Shown here piece by piece: positions 21,476 to 37,400 of a DNA stretch of 64,000 bases (position 1 is the stretch's first letter; every line of letters starts with the position of its first letter). The notes under the pieces were generated by a model. The model was given only the letters and a program-made list of their open reading frames with translations, was not told the DNA's origin and made no database searches. The DNA is taken from NCBI RefSeq assembly GCF_027921745.1, contig NC_079240.1, positions 1,984,001 through 2,048,000 of the forward strand, given 5' to 3'. The DNA is from Schizosaccharomyces osmophilus (taxonomy: Eukaryota). Both the position numbers and the translations under genes were made by a program.

Positions 21476-24403
21476 ATGGGGTCGAAAGAACAAGAAAAAG
21501 AGTCACAAACGGCAAAGAATGCAAGCAAGTTGCAAGTATCCAACTGCGTTTCAGATTTATCGGAGAAATCTCAGCATTTGTTTGGTTCTTTGCTGAAACC
21601 TCAAGTCCCAGTCATTCAGTACAATTTGAATCAATTAGAGGAGAGAGCAAAAAACTTAGAGTTAAAGGTCGTATCTACACGTGATGGCGACACAAAAGCG
21701 TAAGTTTCGACTTTCCAAGACAAAGGTTTTATTGGAACGGGCCGGAAAACAGAGGATAACAGAAGAGTAAGATGAGTAGGAAAGACCTCTGTATTGTGTT
21801 GAACAAAAATCTCTACGTTTCGCTTGGAATACTTCATAAATGGAATGCTAATATACTCTAGACATTATTTGCTCGCTGAGAGTGGTATGAATGTAGAGCA
21901 GACACGACAAAAGATTTATTCTGTTCACATCCATTCCCAATGGGATTCCCTTGAGATGGAAAAGCGTACATTGTACGAACGCCCTCACGCTAAAATCTAT
22001 AAAGAGCAAAACGTGATTGCTAGTATCGAAGCTGGCTTACAATCCAGTGCAAATGATTTTCAGATAAAATTAATGAAAGATAGTGGTATTTCCTGGGAAA
22101 ATCGGAAAATGGTGTTTCTGCAAGACACAGGGAGGATGCTACGCTCCAAGGATAATACTGTTTTGGGCGCTTCCGTAACCATGTCTCTGCAATCGAGTTT
22201 TGCCAAACCTGCTTTGAAGGCATCGTTACTTGCTCAATCGCAGCCAGCCTATTCTTTGAGGACACCAGCTTCGAGCGTACTGCATGTCGCTGACCAAGCT
22301 TCTTCTACCATAGGGAATGAAGCAACCCGTAATCAATTTTCAGGCCAGTCTGGAATTTCTGAGAAATTTGGGGTTTTTGCTGCCGCTATTCACAAATTGA
22401 ACGATGCTCGCATACATGGCCGCATAGTTCGAGTTTGGTCGCTATTCGCTTCCGCTAGCAGAAAAATTGATCGAGAACATCCTCAGCTTCTAGATGCATG
22501 GTCTTTATTAGCTTATATGGTAGATGAGAAGTCAAACAATGTGCATGCCTTTGAAGCTATGAAAACAAGTAACGCCGACAAGACTGATATTAGTCCTTCA
22601 TTTCAAAACAACATTATTCATGGGTCTTTGCGCTTCTTGGAAGTTCAATTTTTAGCATTCGTTGACGCACAATTATCCGATAACGGCCATGTTTCTTCAA
22701 CTAAGTCATTGGATAAAATGATTGCATACAGTCGCTTAAGGTTTTTTAAGAATAATTCTTGGGTTAAGCCAACTATCTCGATCGCTGATGACATTCCTGT
22801 GTGGGCAGTCTTGTTTTATCTTATGCGTGCTGGCCTACTGGATCTCGCATTAGAATTTGTGACTACGAATGCACATGTATTTGAAAATTTTGGTCGCTCT
22901 TTCCCTTCTTATTTCAATGCCTACGTAAAAAATCCCCATCAACCTCTTCCCAAGCAGCTTCGTGATCGTTTGCAAGCCGAGTATGCTCAACTCATGAAAT
23001 ATGCTCCCGAAGATCCATTCAAGCACGCTATTTATAAACTCCTTGGTCAGTGCGAGCCTCATCGTATTTCACTTCCTGAAGTATGCATTACTTCTGAAGA
23101 CTATATGTGGATGCAATTGATGTTTTGCCGAGCCAATGCTAATAATTCTGTCACCTTTAACTTAAATCAGCGCTCGATAAACAATTTTGATCTGCAACAA
23201 CTTCAGAAAAAGATTGTCGCTTTTGGACCAAGGTATTTTAATCCAAAGAATAGCACACCTGTTAATTATTTCCTTGCTCTTTTAATCTGCGGTGAGTTTG
23301 AGCGAGCTGTTAATTATCTGTATACCTTTTATCCCATCGAAGCTACCCATTATGCTATCGCCATGTCATATTATGGTCTTCTTCATACCTGTAATTATGA
23401 GAAAAACGAAAATATTCTTATTCACGAAGCGGAATCCGTACGCATTAATTACCCTCAACTTATCGTGGCCTACATTGGCTACCTTGACTCCGTGGATACG
23501 TTGGTTTATCTTGACTATATTGCTTGTATATCTTTGGTATCCTCATATAAAACGTGCTGCATGAACCTGGTTAAAATCATGTTGCTTCAATCACATGACT
23601 TTTCAAAATTTTTGGGTGATATCCGGCAGGATACTGAACGCACAACAGGTTTATTAGACCTCTATCTGCCTTTGGTGCCGTTTGATCAAGCTTCATTACA
23701 GGCCTTGTACGCGGAAGGCGCTAGAAACGCAGATGATGATGGACGTTACGGAGATTCTATTCTCTTGTATCATCTCCTTGGGGATTACGATACCGTGATT
23801 GGAGTTGCTGTGAAAAACCTCAGCCAAAGTATAATTTCACGTGGTCTGTGGATGGCAGATTCTCAAGAGCAGAGTCAACGGAAGTCCTCGCCTAATGTTG
23901 TAGCTAATGGTGCACCTGATGCTTTAGCAAGAAGTCTTTTAGAAATATATGAGAGCAATCCCGAAAAGTCAGTGAAAGTAAGCAAGACGAATAAAGACAT
24001 GTGCAAATTACTGCTTCTGGTTATGGATGCAAGAACTCTGTATGATAAGGGAGAATGGCAGGGTGTATTGAGTGAAATTGCAAAAATGAATATCTTGCCT
24101 CTCGATGGAGATTTGGAGCATGCGCATGAATCTTTGAATTCGTTATTTTTGCGTCAAAAAGCATATGACCTTTCAACACTATCACCCGAAATTATGAACA
24201 TCGTTCCTTTCTTATTGTTTATGGCTATGTCTAGTATCAAAATACTGTTTAGTACACTGCATAATAACCCTACAGAAGCTGATGAAGGTCTGTTGTCAAG
24301 CATAAAATTCATAGCTTCAAACTTGGTTATGTACAGTACTATGATTGAGCATCGCTTGCCTCCGCAAGTCCTTGAGTACTTACAGTCGATGCAAATTAAT
24401 TAG
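21476..24403 (+). CDS. npp106: Nic96/Nup93-family nucleoporin, 2 exons (21476-21699, 21862-24403)
   Basis: Spliced [47 protein letters not shown] are Nic96 hallmarks. Confidence 0.92.
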
Positions 24404-24905
24404 ACGTAAAACATCAATTTTTTGACTAAAAATTATACATAGATATTGGAATGTTTGCTGATGAATACTACTTTGTGGGTTGGATAATAAAATAAATAAG
24501 TTTTCTTTATTATTTTGGGTTCATTCTTTGCGTCGACTTGTTTGAATCTATGTTCTTAGCAGTTATGGGTCTTTCTTTGTTGTCCTTTACGCTCTCTTTC
24601 ATATTACGTTTGTTTCCTATTCAACCTGCGATGAATTTATATTATTTATGTTTTTCTTTTCAACATTACATATAGAATAAAGTTCGTATAAATTAGGTGT
24701 TTTGTATTATAACGAAATATAACCTTCGTTATCCATTCAACCTGACTGACTCTTCAGGTTACGCTTCTCTGGCGTCCTAACCTTTACCACCAAGTCTGTT
24801 ATAATCAAACCGGAATTTCCACAGAAATAGAGTACCCAAAGGATAAAAGTTTTATTTGTTACTGAAGGGTTTATAGCAGATTACAAAACATCTGCTTTGT
24901 ACTAG

Positions 24906-26837
<1,932 letters not shown>

Positions 26838-27870
26838 TAACTTGAAAGTTCCTGTATATTTTTATTCAATCACCTTCTTTTCTTTTTCTCTTTTTTTTAC
26901 GAACTCTATTGAATTATGTTATGAATTCACATTTCGGACAAGTTTCTATGGTGGATAAACTATGTGCCATGCATGTTTATGCAGATTATAACATTTTGAA
27001 ACTCGCATTTGGGTGGTGTTTGCTCTGTAATAAATCCTATAATGTTTATTATAAAATTCAGAATTTTAAAGCATTTAAGATGCTTACTTTGTCTAAGCAC
27101 ATTGACTATCCTAGTATTGCACCTTTTAAGAACATATCCGGTTAGTCTTTACCATGTAATCCTTTTATTTAAAAACTTTTAAGAAAATACGCATAAGTAT
27201 TAGTGTCACTTTCTTATGTTATATATAATGTCATTAAATACTTCTCATTTTTATGCATAGTTTTGAAAGTAAGTATTGTAAAGACAATCAAAGCAAAAGA
27301 GGATGGGTTAAACGGATAGCTATTCGAATATTTACATGCTGTTTATATGAATCTTGAAACTTTTAAGAAGCTTTACTGATTGAAAATGATGGAGCAAGCT
27401 TTGGCTATTATGATTCTTAACATACTCATACCTGAGAAAGAAAGTCTTTGAAAGTTTCTCAGATAAAATGAATAATGACTTCTAGATGCTCAAAAATTTA
27501 GTATTGACCAGTTATGTACTTACAACAATCAATTTTTTTCTTTGGGTTATTCTATATGTACAGTATTATTGCGTAGCAATACCAACTTTCATACTTATTC
27601 CCTTCCAGCTTACGAATGCTAATATTTAGTTTTATTTAACGGTCTAAAATTGTTCCTTTCCAGCGTACAATACTCATCATTCTACCGTCCATGTTAACCG
27701 AAAACTTAGTAAAAATACAGACGCTCAGAAGGTAACAAGTGTTTGCTGGTGGAGACATTCATTAAGTAGCAAGGCCTATTCAATCCTTAACGCGACATAC
27801 GAACAATTTAGAAAGACTCAAAGTAAACTGGTGAAAACTGTTAATCAAAGAGGACTGTTTAATTCCGTTT

Positions 27871-30204
27871 ATGAATAATTTTAATCATACTCAAAAGGGT
27901 GTTAGTGAAGCTCCTTTTGACACCTCATTTGGAAGCCAACCTAGCAACTCTTCTGGAGCCTCTCAGTTTCCGGTAACTTTGAACACAGGAGGTAATGATT
28001 TAGAAAAAAATTTAGACGAAAAGCTGATGAACGCATTTCCTGGTATGTATTGACCCAATTTTTTAGGACAAAAAGTGAGATAAAATTGAAAGAAGCAGCT
28101 TTTTGTCTTTAATATTTGGCAGATATGGGTATTAACGATCTCCTAGGATTAGAGTCTCATGTTTTTCAGCATTCCCAGCCACCACCACATACGTTTGAGA
28201 TGCCTGCTTCTTTTGAAGATCAATACCCGTCAAGTAAGTTTTGAAAGCATTCATATTCGGATTGTACTAACATCGTATTCCTTAGATTATTTTCCTCTCG
28301 AGGCACCTTATCCCAATCAGCCACACTTTCCATCTTTAGCATCACCTCCTACCAATGCATTACCTTTTCCTACCCAATTTCCTTACTCTGATACGGATAA
28401 TAGTTGGCAAATTCCTCAATTGCCTCCAATTACTTCAAACATATCTACAGGACAATTGGACCCTTCGCCTTTATCTTCTTTCCAGCCCGATATTACTTTT
28501 CACCCCAGTGCGTCATCTTCTTTTCAAAATCCCGTATTAAGACAGCCAAGTGGACCTGTTGACTTTAAAGATACTTCCATGAACAGTACTTCTGCTCCTA
28601 CTTCTTTCTACGGAGGCATCGATACTTCCTCGGGCAACATTAGCCCAAGTCCACTCGTAAGGTCGTCTTCACCTGAGAAATTAGTCATTGAAAAGTTAAA
28701 ATCAAAAGCAAATCAAAAGCCGACGGAAACTTCTTTAGGATCTTTACGACAAACACTAAATGAATGCCTTGATCCATTAAACACTAGCCAGGCACCCAAA
28801 GAATGTGTTGCTATTCTGGTGAACATGATGAGTACCGTAACTCAGGATGATCAGAAATTACTCTTTCTTGAGATTTTGAAAAACAATAGTGAAGCAACAA
28901 TCTTCTCAGAACTAGTAGATGGTGGTCGCAAGTTATTTCTTCCGAAACTACGTAATTGGTTTGTTTCTGCTATTCGCTCTAAATCAGATAAAGTTATTCA
29001 TTCAATTTTGCTTTTGTTATGTAAATTACCCATATCTGCAGAAAGGCTTGCAGATGTTAAGTTCGGTAAACCAATTCTGATTGTAAAAAAGAAATCAGCA
29101 AATTCCGTTATTCGACAACATGCTGAAAGACTCTCAGATCTTGCCGAAAAATCTATTGCAGTTGAATTAGGCAAGGATCAAACGAAAGATGCTGAGAAAG
29201 AACCCACTAAACCCGAAACTACTACGAAGGCAACGAATGTGGCATCTACAAATATCAAGAATCCTTCTACAAAGAAGGTCACGAGTGTTCCTGGTACTTC
29301 CTTTTTCAAAAACTTGTCTAATCCATCGAAAACCGGGCCCTCTATTACTACTGCTGCAAAACCCTCCATAGTAGGTGCTAAGCAGACTTCTACTTCAACG
29401 CCCCTTTCCTCTATAGTAGCTGGGCTGAAAGGGAAAGATGCCGATTTACAAAAGTCTCAATCATCAACCCAGTCGAATACGCGTGATGAGTTGCCTAGTT
29501 TCAGAAAGCGTTCCGCGAAATCCGAAGAAGGATCTGAGAAATCTGAACCATCCAGTGAAGAGAACTCTTTAAAGACGAAGCGCCGGAAGAAATCCGTTGC
29601 ATGGAAATCTGATGATGAGCTTGTTCAAGTCAAGATTATTGAGCATGCAAATGAAGAAGAGTCAGCTGTAAAAACCCCTCATATTTACGGTAGCGCAAGA
29701 GATCTAGATAGACAGGAAGCTCGTGTTGCTTTTGGCAATCAAGTGGAAGACGATGTCGAAGACGAGATAATTTGGTACAAGCCAAAGCCTATTCAATTTG
29801 CGATTTCAAAAGAAGAATTACATCCACGGGGTTATAAGCGTGGTGGTGATCCTAACGCTAAGTCAACTTTGGAATCTAAAGACGAGGAAGAAAGAGAAGG
29901 TCAGCTCAATGCAAATTCGTCTTCAATTACGTCTGTTCTGTCAAATGTTACCGAGCCCATAAAAGTTTTTGATGCCACCGCACCTCCCGTGTCAATACCG
30001 CTTCCCAAGGAAGTTGAACATTCCCTTCATGAAAAGAATAGTGATCGAACAAGTGCCGGCGCCGATGAACAAGTATCTGAGAACAATTCGAATACTCATT
30101 TAAGTTCTATACTGTCCAATCTGTCGTCATCTGCCTCTTCCCAACATCTTCAAAATCCGTCCCTCATGATACCCAATAATGCAAGTGCCTCTTCAAATGT
30201 TTAA
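27871..30204 (+). CDS. ppn1: PNUTS-like PP1 targeting subunit of the cleavage/polyadenylation phosphatase module, 3 exons (27871-28042, 28123-28233, 28286-30204)
   Basis: TFIIS-N-like helical region (LPKLRNWF...KLPISAERLADVKFGK) and RVxF-like KKSVAW; lies between ssp2 and sly1. Confidence 0.8.
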
Positions 30205-30471
30205 TTATGAACTTCAGCTTTTATCTAATGTAGGATGGTTGGTTTATTTAAATGGTTCGCTGTTATAATATTTTTTATATTTAACGGACTATTTGGCTGA
30301 TTGAAGTGTTCATTTTCTGAATTTTTTTGTAATATAATATTTAGCTCATCAGGAGCATCCGTTAATCAATTACATATGTACAGGAACTAGCGAGTATACA
30401 AAAGTTAAAACTTTAGTTCGTAGACTTTATTATTTTCCTTTCCAAAGGGTTATCATATGCTATTATTAAAC

Positions 30472-32638
30472 TCATGATAGAGATGCCATCTCGTTCATAA
30501 ACTGACTAGGTGACTGAACGTCGGTACTGCCGTAGGTTATATGCTTAGGTGGATTTTGCTCTTTTGCCCAATCCATCAAATTTCCGTATTCCAAGTAATT
30601 ACCACCACCCAAGACGCAGACGATAGCTTCGTTAAAAATTTGGCGTTTGTTCATGCCTCTGGGATCACTTGAAGCGTGAGAAGCTTTGGGATCAAATACA
30701 AGATACGACTCTGTCTGCTTGGACACGGAAGAAGATCCAGGATCCATTAAGCTTTGAACGATGGAAGTAATCGTCCCGTCTTTTCTAAAGGGGATTAAAT
30801 TCTTAACACCAGATATTATGTTCTCTAGACCGCCAATCCCAGCCTCCTTAAATCGATCGGTAAACTATTAGTTAGAATTTTTCTTAATAAATCCAATTCA
30901 CATACTTTACTAGAAAGGCTTGAGAAACCACCGAAAATATTATCACCTGGCTGATTAGCCATTGGGCGCGTCGTGGAAGAAGCCAGCATGGTCATTTTAG
31001 TAATTTCACGGACCCTGTCATGATTAGTATAAGATAAAGCAAGCCATTTGTGAAATATTACCTTTTAACAAAATTAAGAGCCTCCAAACTACAACCATTA
31101 TTAACCAATGCTTCTTCATATGCTTGCAAGTCGGCACCCGGGACAGTGTCAACACTCAAATACCAAATAATGAAAAATCGAAGCTTGTCGTCAGGTGTGC
31201 CTTTGTCTTTATCTTCTAAGCAAGAAAGAATTGCACTTTTATTAAGTCCTGTAACGTTGTCTTCCATTTGGAAAAAATCATCGAGGTGACGCTCTTTAAT
31301 GGCTTTCAAAATTGTTGTTGCAATACTCATATGCATATCCAATAGCTGTTTACGAGCCGTAAGCTCTGGGAGAAGGCTAACCGCGGCTTTCAAGTATGTT
31401 GAATCGGTGAAAGCATCGGCATTAAATTCCTCTAAAGAAGAAGCACCAGAACGCCTTGTAATTTCATTTGCATCATTCTTGTAACGGGTTAATTCTTCGT
31501 CGATATTCTCAGCCACCTCTGGAAATGGCTTATTGGCGTTTGCTTCCCAAAAATAATCGCTCCCATTTAAGTCATAGGATTGTTTAGAGACTTTTCCCTC
31601 ATCGACAGATTCCAAAATTACTCTGTTAAGGTGCATGTTTAGAGTGTCATGGATCAAAGCTTGGTAGGTCCAAGAATGATTGATCATGGGAACGAGGTCA
31701 ACTGTTCTATCCAAAAGGATGAGTAAAGGACGGATTTTAGGATTTAAAGTACCAAAAACATCTTTTGTGTTCATCAAATGGTCTTTTAGACGCTGGTTTA
31801 ACTTTCTAGCTACCAACTCAGCAGCAGACCCTTGAGGGCAACGAATAATGGGGATTGTCCCGAGGGTAACAATAACTGAAAAAAGACGGTTCACTGTACT
31901 TTGAATGGTATTTTCAATCAGCGCATCATCGGAAGAAGGACTGTGGATAGTGTGGAAGACTCCTGGGAGCTGGAGTGAGAAAAAGTCAGACTCTAAAACT
32001 ACATAGTTTAGGTACTGATCGTAAACTTGATTAATCATGTGGCTTGTATTTGTTTTTGAAGCGAGTTCTGCGAATTTTTCTAAAAGGCTGCGTGGAATGC
32101 TGGAAGAGAAACAGACGTAAGCAGATTCGTACAAACCTTTCGAGAGATCCTAGATTTGTTAGCAAGAGGTATCATTTAGGTTTTGGATATAGAATTGAAA
32201 ACAAGACGTTTTAGTCGCTCAAAAGGACAATGGTAAGAGAACTTACATCAATGATATACTCAACATTTTCCTCAGTAGGTTGAACAAAATAAATCGCAGG
32301 AACATCTGCTATAGGTTGACGAGAAGAAGTGATATTCATGTGGACGGTGACACCGTGTTTTCTCAACTCAGTAATGCGCATTACAGAAGATATAGTGTCT
32401 GAACCAGACTTATCAAAAATCAAAACTTTCCAGATCGGAAACTCCGATTTATAATTAGGATCCTTTTCTAATTCATCAACATTTTGATTTAAATTCAATA
32501 GCTTTTCTAAAGAGCCTAAATTTCCAGGTTAATAAGAGTCCGTGCAATTGATTAACGTTTTGAGGCAAGAATGATTTTTGACGTACGAATATGAGTTTCT
32601 CTCAAAGTCGAGGTTTCGTTTGAGATTGCTAGCGACAT
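30472..32638 (-). CDS. sly1: Sec1/Munc18-family SNARE-binding protein, 5 exons (32638-32587, 32515-32247, 32149-31062, 31014-30906, 30864-30472)
   Basis: WKVLIFD, LRKHGVTVH, DVPAIYFV, LDRTVDLVPMINHSWTYQALIHD, GGGNYLEY, ITYGST. Confidence 0.94.
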
Positions 32639-34422
32639 CTTATCGATCTGTTTTTCAGCATAAATACAGCTTTAGTAATGTGGTGGACAAGGTTCTCCTT
32701 TGCTGTTGAACCAAATCCCTGGTGGTGAGTTTCAAATAAGGAGACAAAAGGAAGTACCATGATGGAAAGAAGTAAACAAAAGAAAAAGAGAGTAGAGTAG
32801 AAGTCTATGGCATTCATGAAAAATGATTTCTTTTCAGCTGGCTTTAGTCTTTATTCAAGACTTTCAAACTTGTTAACGCTGAATCAGTATTCCCCGTTTT
32901 TACCATTCGAAGTGACGGAAAGCGAAAAGTACTTTCGATCCATTTTAAACTATAAGATGGAGCATAAACGGTTAAGGTTCTTTACAGTTAGAAAAGAAAA
33001 CATCGTAAATTGAATGTTCAACTACAAGGAAGGATCATCCTTTCACTGAGAAAACTTTCCCTTCTGTTCTACCTTGGACAAATTCACGGGCACGAGTACA
33101 AGAGTACGATGTTTCAGTCAGTTGTAAACTCATAACTGCTTATTACCCTTGGGTTCTTTTGTCTGGCTTCAAATAGGAACCGTGTCCAAGTGACAGTAAA
33201 TAATGCAATCAGGTAACAGTTTTAGGAAGTGATTTTAGTTTTCAGCATTGCATTCTTACGCGTGGTTATTTAAGGGTTTTCTATGAAGAATGTTGAGAAT
33301 GAATGATTGATGGATCAATTTGAAATGCAATTGAGCTTCGTACGGCGTTTGACACCATAGATTTCAACAAAACCGAGACTTTTGTTTGATGAGATACTTT
33401 ACATTACAGATTTTCCAGGACTCCATAGGTTTTCCCATTCTGATACAAACCAGTGTCGAACATGGATGAGCCTTTGAGACAATGATGAATTTTTCCTCCT
33501 TTCAAGGAGGCAACATCTGGTGTTTATAGTGTCTGAACAAACTGTGGGTGGAAGGGACATTGTCACTACCCATTTCAAATGCATATAGTGTTACTATGTC
33601 ATTTCGGAATCCTCGCGTTTTACCATTTGTCCAAACAATATATGCACTTGAGAATTATGCGTCATCCAGATTATAAACAATGAGGGGTTTCTGGAAGTAT
33701 AAATAGACCTAGCAGTATGCCTTTTCACTCAGGCCTCCTTTTTATTTGATGAAAAAAAAAAAAAAAGGAATTGGAATGTTCTTCCTTAAAGAGTAATAAA
33801 CATATATTTTATGGCAAAAAAAAGCATTTTTATCTGTTCTTTAAAACATTCTTTGTATACTTAAAGTCTTAAAACCTGTCTCGTTTTCTTTTTTTGATCG
33901 CGATAATCAAACATAAAATTTTTTGCAAATGAACTTTTTCTTTTCTGGTTTTGTGTGCTGTTAAAGGATTCGGCTATGTCATTTCATATATTAAAAAAGG
34001 TCAGTCATCGATTTTACGCGAAGCTATCCTTGGTCTGTGGATTTTCTTCAAGAAGAACCCGTCCATATATATGCTACGCGTAGAAGGAGAGATTGTTTTA
34101 TGGAGACGACCAGTTCGCTGAAGGCAGACCGACCATAACAAACCATATTGGATCAGTACAAGTTGAATATTCTCTTCAAGGGTTTGTTTCATCCTTGTTC
34201 TCATTAAACACCAATCTTTTTATTTTTATTCATTAAACTTCATAAAACCATAAACTACAGTATACATACAACTACAGTCATGAGCAACTTTTTTTTTTTT
34301 TTTTTTTTTTGAAATTGAGGAAAAAAACCATCTGGCAGACAACCCGTGTGCTTGCCTTTATATTCATGTCTTTCTTCACTGTGGTTAGTGGAGAAAGAGA
34401 ATCGACGCAACGAATAGTCTTC

Positions 34423-37400
34423 TCATGAAGACTGAATTGTTTGTTCCAACGAATTCCAGTTTTCTGCCTCCCATGGAACTAAATGAACGGACACCTGGGC
34501 TTGACTCACCGTTTTCTGATGTCGATATGCTTCTGCTAAATCAGCAGGTTCAGAAGGATGTGTATATAGAGTGCGAGCAAAAGCTGTAGCTACTGAGGGC
34601 GAAGTGTATCTTTGCTGTATGAGTGAAGACCAAGTGGCGGCTGCATTGGGATGTATAAATAGTTGCTGCAGAAGTAAAGCTTGTAATTCTTTCGGGTCAT
34701 ATGCCGTTGTTAGAATCGTTAGTAACTTCTCTATCACAGCTAGTGTTTCTGGGTTTGTGACCTTGTCCTTGTTTATATTTAAAAGGGCCTCTTGGATTGC
34801 CGCCATCATAGCAGTGTCCTTGTCAGCAACACCAATGGCACCCAGGCACACAAGGGAGTCGATATGTTCAGGATGTTGTTCAGTCACTGAAAGTAGCTGC
34901 TCTCTTGCTGCCTGCTTACCGGTTTCACTTCCCAACGCCCACAGTACCTTTGCGACAAGTATTACAACATCCGGGTGATATTCTCCCAACTCGAGAGATT
35001 TCTCAAAATGTTGTAGAGCCTGTTCCAAATTACTTAGGAAGTACGCCGCCAATCCACACGTAAGATTCAAGCCCAAAGAGATTTGCTTAGCACCAGTGTC
35101 TTCTTCATTGATCAAGTCCAAAGCAACAGAAGCATTCTCGGAAGACTCCTCAAACTTGTTCAGTCGTAAACATAATCTTGCCAACTGTCCCTTGGCATCA
35201 ACGTATTTTTCAAGTGCACTAGCAGACTCGGTAGCATCATACTCTTTCTCCAGCAATTGGCAAAGCTCATGCGCAGTTTGAGCACTGTCATTCGGTTCTT
35301 CCAAATGTTCCAAAAGGCTACTTCTTATGAATTTGGCATAGGCGTCGTTAGGGATTTCAGAAAGATAGCGTTTGATGGCATACACAGCATTCCATAACTT
35401 AAGAACGTCTTTTTCTTGCTCCAAGTTTGCCAAAGCAAGCATAGTGCTTGCAAACCAGTAATTAACATCTCGTATATTTCCGCCTGAGATTTCAAAAGCA
35501 TGCTGTAGAGCTTGAACATTCTTTCCATGGTCTCCTACAGAGATTGAACAATACGCATATCCCAGCCATGCACGCGAATTATCAGGGTCTATGGAAATAG
35601 CGCGCGTGAATGCAGTATCTGCGCATTCAATATCCAAAATTTGTAAACAAAGAGCTCCATAATTTACCCAAACATCAGCATCTCTTTCGTTTATTTGCAA
35701 GGCTTGAACAAAGCAGTGTTGCGCAGCTCGAATAGCAGAACTGTTGGACAATAAGACACCAAGCATACACCAGAAGTTATTATTTTTTGGCTCTAGTTTA
35801 ATAGCTTGCTTAAGACAATCAATAGCGACTTCCAAATATAGCTTGTTTTTACCGCAATTAAACAAAGTAAAATATGAAACACCTGTATTGTACCACGATG
35901 CTGGTAACAAAAATCTATCATCGGCTGAAAGGGACAATAAAATAGTAAAGCAGGTACATCCACAGGCAATCATATAATTAGGATCCTTGTTCTCTAAATC
36001 TGGAAAATAGATCATGTTGTTAATCTGTCGACCATTGTTTGCAAGGTTCATTGATTCCGTGGATACTAACAAATCAGAAACACTGTTCGCAGGGAAGTCA
36101 GCATGATACTTTCCTAATTTCGAAAATATCATGCACGCATCCCCGAGCATTTTCCAACATGAATATATATTATTATCCATATTCAAAATCGTGCAGCAGA
36201 TATCAATTGTCTTTTGTGAAGTCAATGCAGATCTTTGGTAATAACCGTGATGAATATAGTACTTTGAAAGTCGTAGGCTACTTTCCGCTAAACACATCAG
36301 TATACATAACTCGGACGGACGGTACTGTAATACTGATGACAGCGTTTCCATTGCATTCTCGAACTCTCCCATATCTTTTTGAATAGAACCAATAAAGTAT
36401 TTCGTGTACCAATCATTTGGATCTAATACACTGGCTCTGTTGAATGCTTTAGAAGCAGATATGTAACGACCGGACCGAGCATAAGCTTCCCCTAGACCAC
36501 TCCAACAATGCGTATCTTTGGGGAAAATACGTAAGGCTGCTTGAAAATGGACAATAGCGGTTTGAAAATTTTTGGAATGTAATTGAAAGACACCCAAAGA
36601 TTTATGATGCCAATTGAACTTTCTTTTGCGCTTTAAGTCGTTTTGACTAGTACTTAACACACGTTTGGAAATTACCTCCACCAGCTCCCATTCTTCGGCT
36701 TCAGCAAACATTTTAGCTAATTCTTCAGCAGCATCTGTCTGTGACGCTTCTAATTCAAAAGCCTTCTGGTAACATTTCATAGCACGAGAAGTATCATGTA
36801 CATTTTTATAGTAATGTCCTAATTCGGTGTAAGTGGAAGCAAAGTTTGGCTCGCAGCGCAAAGAGGAAACAAAGGCTGAAAAAGATTCCTCTTCGTAATT
36901 TTCAATTTTGCTCTTCGTCATATAAATACCAAAACGATAGTAAGCTTCTGCCAAAGCCGGCTTATTTTTTGATTTTCCTTGCAAAATCCGTAAGCAAAAT
37001 TGAACCTGCTCCATGGCTTTATCGAGATCTCCCAACATATAGTAACACCACGAAAGCTGAGATAAACAAGGATCTTCAGGATTTTCCCTAAGCACACTCT
37101 TTAACGTTTGAGCGGCATCCCCGTACTGCTCATTTTCCATTTGCACACCGGCTAAACCAATAAGAGCACTATAGTTATCCGGTACGTGAGCTATCACCTT
37201 TTTATAAAGTTCTCCAGCCTGCAATAAATACCTAGGCACCTCATAATGAGAATAACCAATAGCAAGGAATAAAGAGAGAACATATGGTAGTTCTTGATAC
37301 TGAAGGCCTGTGTCTGATTCTGTCTTCTTCAATGTGTTCAGTGCTGATAAGCTAAGCTGGACTACATCAGTATACTCTTTCAAGTAAACACAATACTGGG

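Noticed and set aside
34288..34310. Long poly-T/A tracts (also near 33752, 63552, 63644)
   Set aside because: Ordinary low-complexity intergenic sequence.
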